DNA of 64,000 nucleotides from Acetobacteraceae bacterium (GTDB taxonomy: Bacteria; Pseudomonadota; Alphaproteobacteria; Acetobacterales; Acetobacteraceae): assembly GCA_965276665.1 (NCBI GenBank), contig OZ255620.1, forward strand, positions 2,726,291 through 2,790,290, written 5' to 3'. The position numbers and the translations under genes are program-made. Positions within the stretch are counted from its first letter, which is position 1, and each line of letters opens with the position of its first letter. The notes under the pieces are model-generated. The model did not search any database, had not been told where the DNA came from, and saw only the letters and a program-made list of their open reading frames with translations. Shown here one piece after another: positions 57,541 to 64,000 of the stretch.

Positions 57541-59409
57541 TCAGTCAGCGCTCACCTCATCGAGCTTGCGGATATGGGCGATTAGGGCCGTCACGCCGGC
57601 TGGGGTCATGCCTTGAATTCGCGATGCCGCGTCGACCGTCGCCGGCCGAACCGTGCTCAACTTGTCGCGGATTTCGGTGGTCAGTCCCCCAATCCGGGTA
57701 AAATCGATGCTGGCTGGCACGATCACGGCGCGCAGCCTTTCTGCTTCACGGATGTCACGCTCTTGCCGCGGCATGTAGCCGCGGTAGGCAGCCTCGGCCT
57801 GCATGTGTTGCTGAACGCGTTGTGGAACCTCGGCCAACCAAGGGAACGCGGCGGTAAATTTCGCCCATGCCACGCCCGATCGCCCGATCATGTCGAGCAT
57901 ATTGCGCCGCTCGCCATCGCCAAATCCGGGGAAACCTTGCCGCATCCACCAAGCTGGGTTTCCTCCCTCGGCGATTGCGCGCGCCATCACCTCCGCGACC
58001 GCGCGCACAGACGCAGCCGTGGCCTTTTCTCGCGCGGGTCCCACGCAGCTCCAGGCGCGGCCTTTCGTCGCGAGACGCAAATCCGCATTGTCGCAGCGGA
58101 GCGACAGTCGATATTCCGCGCGCGAGGTGAACATCCGATACGGCTCGGTCACGCCCTGCGTCGTCAGATCGTCGATGAGGACCCCGATATACGCCTCGCC
58201 CCGGCCTAGCGTGACGCCATCCTGGCCGGCAGCGCGGCGCGCTGCGTTGATTCCGGCCATCAGACCCTGGGCCGCCGCCTCCTCATATCCTGTCGTCCCG
58301 TTGACCTGCCCCGCGAGGAACAGCCTCGGCGCAGACTTCACCTCGAGCGTCGGATGCAAGCTCCGCGGGTCGATGTAGTCGTATTCGACGGCGTAGCCCG
58401 GCCGCACGATGCGCGCATGCTCGAGCCCTGGAATCGAGGCCACCATCGCGGCCTGGCATTCGGCCGGCAGGCTCGTGGAAATGCCATTGGGATAGACGAT
58501 CGGATCGTCCAGCCCCTCCGGCTCCAGGAAAATCTGATGCCTTTCCCGGGACGCGAACCGCACCACCTTGTCCTCGATCGAGGGACAGTATCGCGGCCCG
58601 GTTCCGGTAATGCCGCCAGTGTGGATGGCGGAGCGATGCAGATTGGCGCGGATGAGGGCGTGCGTTGCCGGCGTGGTCGCGGTGACGTGGCAGGCGATCT
58701 GCGGATTGATGAGACGCTCCGTCAGCGCGCTGAAGGGTTCCGGCGGATCGTCGCCTAAATCGGCGTCGAGGCCGCTGCGGTCGATGGTCCGCCCATCGAG
58801 CCGCGGCGGAGTCCCGGTCTTGAGCCGGCCGAGCGGCAGGTCGAGCGCCAGAAGCGCGTGCGCCAAGCCGATCGCCGCCCCCTCGCCCACGCGCCCGGCC
58901 GGTGTCTGCTGATCGCCGATATGGATCACGCCGCGCAGAAACGTGCCGGCCGTGAGGACCACGGCGCCCGCGCGGATCACGCGCCCGTCGGCGCAGCATA
59001 CGCCCACGACCCGGCCGTTTGCCTCGCGCTCGAGCCGTTCAACCGATCCCGCCCGGATCGTCAGTCCGGATTGGTCGGCAAGCAGGTCCTGGACGGCCCG
59101 GCGATACAGTCCGCGATCGGCTTGCGCCCGCAACCCGCGGACCGCCGGTCCCTTGCTCCGGTTGAGCAGCTTGACATGGATGCCGGCGCGATCCGCCGCG
59201 CGCCCCATGATCCCGTCGAGCGCGTCGATTTCGCGGACCAAATGCCCTTTGCCGATCCCGCCGATCGCCGGATTGCAGGACATCTCGCCGATCGTATCGA
59301 TCCGATGCGTGAGCAGCAACGTCCGGGCGCCCACCCGGGCCGCCGCCGCCGCCGCCTCGCATCCCGCGTGGCCGCCGCCGATCACCACAACATCGAATGC
59401 CTCGCTCAT
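57541..59409 (-). CDS. mnmG: tRNA uridine 5-carboxymethylaminomethyl modification enzyme MnmG (GidA)
   Basis: [17 protein letters not shown]-terminus; 622 aa. Confidence 0.97.
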   Translation of the reverse strand: MSEAFDVVVIGGGHAGCEAAAAAARVGARTLLLTHRIDTIGEMSCNPAIGGIGKGHLVREIDALDGIMGRAADRAGIHVKLLNRSKGPAVRGLRAQADRGLYRRAVQDLLADQSGLTIRAGSVERLEREANGRVVGVCCADGRVIRAGAVVLTAGTFLRGVIHIGDQQTPAGRVGEGAAIGLAHALLALDLPLGRLKTGTPPRLDGRTIDRSGLDADLGDDPPEPFSALTERLINPQIACHVTATTPATHALIRANLHRSAIHTGGITGTGPRYCPSIEDKVVRFASRERHQIFLEPEGLDDPIVYPNGISTSLPAECQAAMVASIPGLEHARIVRPGYAVEYDYIDPRSLHPTLEVKSAPRLFLAGQVNGTTGYEEAAAQGLMAGINAARRAAGQDGVTLGRGEAYIGVLIDDLTTQGVTEPYRMFTSRAEYRLSLRCDNADLRLATKGRAWSCVGPAREKATAASVRAVAEVMARAIAEGGNPAWWMRQGFPGFGDGERRNMLDMIGRSGVAWAKFTAAFPWLAEVPQRVQQHMQAEAAYRGYMPRQERDIREAERLRAVIVPASIDFTRIGGLTTEIRDKLSTVRPATVDAASRIQGMTPAGVTALIAHIRKLDEVSAD

Positions 59410-59412
59410 AGC

Positions 59413-60702
59413 CTATTTCCCGATGCAGAATCGGCTGAAGATCGTGTCCAGAATATCCTCGGACGTAATCTCCCCGGTCAATCCGCCAAGCGCGTGCAGC
59501 GCCCGACGAAGATGCTCGGCCCGCAACTCGGCCAGAGCCGTGTCGGACACATCGCGCAATTCCGTCAATGCGGATTCTAGATGGAGCCGATGCCGCGTCC
59601 TGGTGAGCGGCGGCGACCCGTCTTGCGCCACCGTCTTCCTGGCAGCCTCACCGAGGATACGCCTGAGATCCGGCAAGCCGGCGCCAGTCACCGTACTGAC
59701 GCCAATCGCGTTCGGCGAGGCCGGCGGCGCGAGATCAATCTTGTTCGCCACGACAAGCGCAGTCGGATAAGCCATGTCACGTCGCATATCGTCGATCACC
59801 TCGATGATAAGATCGGCATCTTCTGCTCGTCCGCGGGCTCGCCGAATGCCTTCCATCTCGATCTCATCGCCTCCCTCGCGAAGTCCGGCGGTGTCGACAA
59901 GCGTCACCGGCATACCTCCCAACTCCAACCTAGCCTCCAGCGGATCCCGGGTCGTGCCCGAAGTGGAAGACACGATCGCCACGTCACGACCAGCCAATGC
60001 ATTGACAAGGCTAGATTTCCCGACGTTGGGGGCGCCCACCACGGCAAACACGAGACCATCCCGGATTCGCTCACCGCACCCGCTATCATCCAGATGAGCC
60101 GCGAGCGCAGCCGCGACCGCGGCGGCATCGTCGATCACCCGACCACGCTCGGGCGCAGGGACTTCATCATCGGAAAAATCGATCATGGCTTCCTGCTCGG
60201 CCAGGATTTCCCGCACCTTCCCGCTCCAGCCCCGATAGAGCGCGCCCAGCGCGCCTTCCATTTGCCGCAAGGCCTGTCGCCGCTGCGTCCCTGTTTCCGC
60301 CTCCACCAGATCCGCCACGCCCTCGGCCTCGAGCAGGTCCATCCGGCCGTTGAGGAAGGCCCGGCGGGTGAACTCGCCCGGGTCGGCGATCCGGAGCCCG
60401 GCCGCGCGCAGCGTCTCGGCCACAGCGTTCAGCACGCCTTGACTCCCATGCAGGTGCAGCTCGGCCGTATCCTCGCCCGTGTAGCTTCCTGGGGCCGGAA
60501 ACCAGAGCACCAGGCCGCGGTCCAGCACGTCGCCGTCAGCGCCCCGCAGGGTTCGCAGCGACGCGCGGCGCGGCGGCGGACGCTTGCCGCAGAGGCGATC
60601 GAGCGTCGCGCCGCTCGTCGGCCCGCTGATCCGCATCACCGCGACGGAAGCCCGGCCGGCGCCGCTGGCCACCGCGAAGATCGTTTCTCGCTCCATCCGC
60701 AC
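59413..60702 (-). CDS. mnmE: tRNA modification GTPase MnmE (TrmE)
   Basis: TIFAVASG N-terminus, [11 protein letters not shown]1, DTAG G3, C-terminal CIGK. Confidence 0.95.
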   Translation of the reverse strand: MRMERETIFAVASGAGRASVAVMRISGPTSGATLDRLCGKRPPPRRASLRTLRGADGDVLDRGLVLWFPAPGSYTGEDTAELHLHGSQGVLNAVAETLRAAGLRIADPGEFTRRAFLNGRMDLLEAEGVADLVEAETGTQRRQALRQMEGALGALYRGWSGKVREILAEQEAMIDFSDDEVPAPERGRVIDDAAAVAAALAAHLDDSGCGERIRDGLVFAVVGAPNVGKSSLVNALAGRDVAIVSSTSGTTRDPLEARLELGGMPVTLVDTAGLREGGDEIEMEGIRRARGRAEDADLIIEVIDDMRRDMAYPTALVVANKIDLAPPASPNAIGVSTVTGAGLPDLRRILGEAARKTVAQDGSPPLTRTRHRLHLESALTELRDVSDTALAELRAEHLRRALHALGGLTGEITSEDILDTIFSRFCIGK

Positions 60703-60714
60703 CCTCGCGACGGC

Positions 60715-61056
60715 TCAGGCGACGGGCAGCATCAGCTCGCGTGCCCGGCCACCCTGCTGCACATGCGTCTCCAGCACCCGATCGACGTCGGCGTTCGAGT
60801 CCACGCGATACCAGACGCCTTCGGGATAGATGACGAGACAGGGACCGAGCTCGCAGCGGTCGAGGCAGCCGGCCATGTTCACCCGCACGCCGGCAAGGCC
60901 GAGCTCCTTCACCCGCGCCTTCATGTAGTCGCGCAGTTTCTCCGATCCCTTGGCGGCGCAGGAGCCGCGCTTGTGCCCGTCAGGTCGGCGATTGCAGCAC
61001 ATGAAGAGATGCGCCTCGAAGAAAGGCGGCGGATCATCCGGCAGCGTCGTTCCCAT
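60715..61056 (-). CDS. Thioredoxin-like [2Fe-2S] ferredoxin domain protein
   Basis: Last 113 codons of ORF 60715..63255: HLFMCCN...GSCAAKG...[13 protein letters not shown] Cys pattern; the rest of that ORF is antisense to a convincing gene. Confidence 0.8.
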   Translation of the reverse strand: MGTTLPDDPPPFFEAHLFMCCNRRPDGHKRGSCAAKGSEKLRDYMKARVKELGLAGVRVNMAGCLDRCELGPCLVIYPEGVWYRVDSNADVDRVLETHVQQGGRARELMLPVA

Positions 61057-61158
61057 ATATTCCCTCTCGGCCCGATCGGGCGACGGCCGGCGATGCGCGC
61101 CGCCTCGCAAGCCGCGTCCGCCCTGCCCATGTGCGGGTCTTATCATCCGCCGGAGAGG

Positions 61159-63216
<2,058 letters not shown>

Positions 63217-63253
63217 CAGCGGCGTCCCACAGGTCTGCGATTCCGTTTGGTTC

Positions 63254-63760
63254 ATGGAATCGTCGATGCCTCAACTTTCCCTGCATTCGCCGGTCGGCGA
63301 CCTCACCATCTCGGAGGAGGCGGGCGCCATCGTGGCGCTCGACTGGGGCTGGGGACGCGACCAGACGCCGACCGCGCTGCTGCGCGCGGCGCGCGAGCAG
63401 CTCGACGCGTATTTCGATGGGAAGCTGCGGCATTTCGATCTGCCTCTCGCGCCCGCCGGCACGCCCTATCGCCGCGCCGTGTGGGAGGCGCTGCGAACGA
63501 TCCCCTATGGGGAGAGCCGGACCTATCGCGAGATCGCCGGGCTGGCCGGCGGCGTCCCCCGCTCGATCGGCCAGGCGAATGGCAGCAACCCGATCCCGAT
63601 CATCATCCCCTGCCACCGGGTGCTCGCCAGCGGCGGCATCGGCGGCTATTCCGGCGGCGAAGGGCTCGAGACGAAGCGTCGCCTGCTTGCCCTCGAGGGG
63701 TTCGATCTCGAAAGCGTCATGCCCGGCGGCGTTCGGCAGGGATTATGGAGAACAGCATGA
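63254..63760 (+). CDS. ogt: Methylated-DNA--protein-cysteine methyltransferase
   Basis: IPCHRV active-site motif and YGESRTYREIA helix; alternative start 63266. Confidence 0.9.
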   Translation: MESSMPQLSLHSPVGDLTISEEAGAIVALDWGWGRDQTPTALLRAAREQLDAYFDGKLRHFDLPLAPAGTPYRRAVWEALRTIPYGESRTYREIAGLAGGVPRSIGQANGSNPIPIIIPCHRVLASGGIGGYSGGEGLETKRRLLALEGFDLESVMPGGVRQGLWRTA

Positions 63761-64000
63761 CCAAGGCCATCCGCATCCATACGACAGGCGGCCCGGAGGT
63801 CATGCAATGGGAGGACGTGCCGACGCCTGAACCGGGGCCCGGCGAGGCGCTGGTGAAGCAGGCTGCGATCGGTCTCAACTATATCGACGTCTATTTCCGC
63901 AACGGTCTCTACAAGGCGCCTTCCATGCCGGCGACGCTCGGCATGGAAGGCGCAGGAACCGTCATCGCCCTCGGATCCGGCGTTACCCATCTGGCCGTCG
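63757..64000 (+). CDS. NADPH:quinone oxidoreductase (zinc-type alcohol dehydrogenase family), N-terminal part; 3' end cut by window edge
   Basis: MTKAIRIHTTGGPEVMQWEDVPTPEPGPGEALVKQAAIGLNYIDVYFRNGLY, hand-translated; ATGA overlap with the ogt stop. Confidence 0.85.
   Translation, partial: MTKAIRIHTTGGPEVMQWEDVPTPEPGPGEALVKQAAIGLNYIDVYFRNGLYKAPSMPATLGMEGAGTVIALGSGVTHLAV

Noticed and set aside
59581-61158. N-terminal 526 codons of the 1211-aa plus-strand ORF
   Set aside because: Antisense to mnmE and to the ferredoxin gene. The credible start, with an SD, is at 61159.

Overview
High-GC (roughly two-thirds G+C by eye) alphaproteobacterial chromosome segment, apparently origin-proximal. It carries divergent hemE and DUF299/PpsR-like genes, which is the arrangement that flanks Cori in Caulobacter. 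About 50 kb away lies the conserved leuS-lptE-holA / parB-parA-rsmG-mnmG-mnmE block, with a perfect parS inside rsmG. Most of the window is housekeeping: a hemE-hemH-HAD-hemJ cluster, the miaB-phoH-ybeY-corC operon, tamAB, scoAB, a porin, and assorted oxidoreductases and transporters. The main accessory feature is an ~11.9 kb integrative island in the 3' end of tRNA-Ala(GGC), bounded by a 14-bp direct repeat (25996-26009 / 37889-37902). The island encodes a P4-type tyrosine integrase, two excisionase/AlpA-type HTH proteins, a frameshifted primase-helicase-like gene next to an iteron/AT-rich region, and a small-terminase-like HTH protein, so its layout resembles a phage satellite (PICI/P4-like). 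It also holds two IS-family transposase genes and a lower-GC, tightly overlapping cassette of unknown function (28776-31202) whose first ORF is split in frame by an IS5-family element. That cassette is my best candidate for an undescribed system, possibly anti-phage cargo. Other notable items: an alphaproteobacterial SOS box (GTTC-N7-GTTC) in front of an unknown 126-aa gene divergent from an S24 repressor-like gene; three intergenic repeat families (a modular hairpin family, a MITE-like family with 23-bp terminal inverted repeats, and a stop-codon-associated palindrome with a nested insertion); a candidate small RNA or leader; and a pentanucleotide microsatellite in a divergent promoter. No CRISPR array or rRNA gene was seen. 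All functional calls rest on my recognition of the translated ORFs and motifs; no database search was run.
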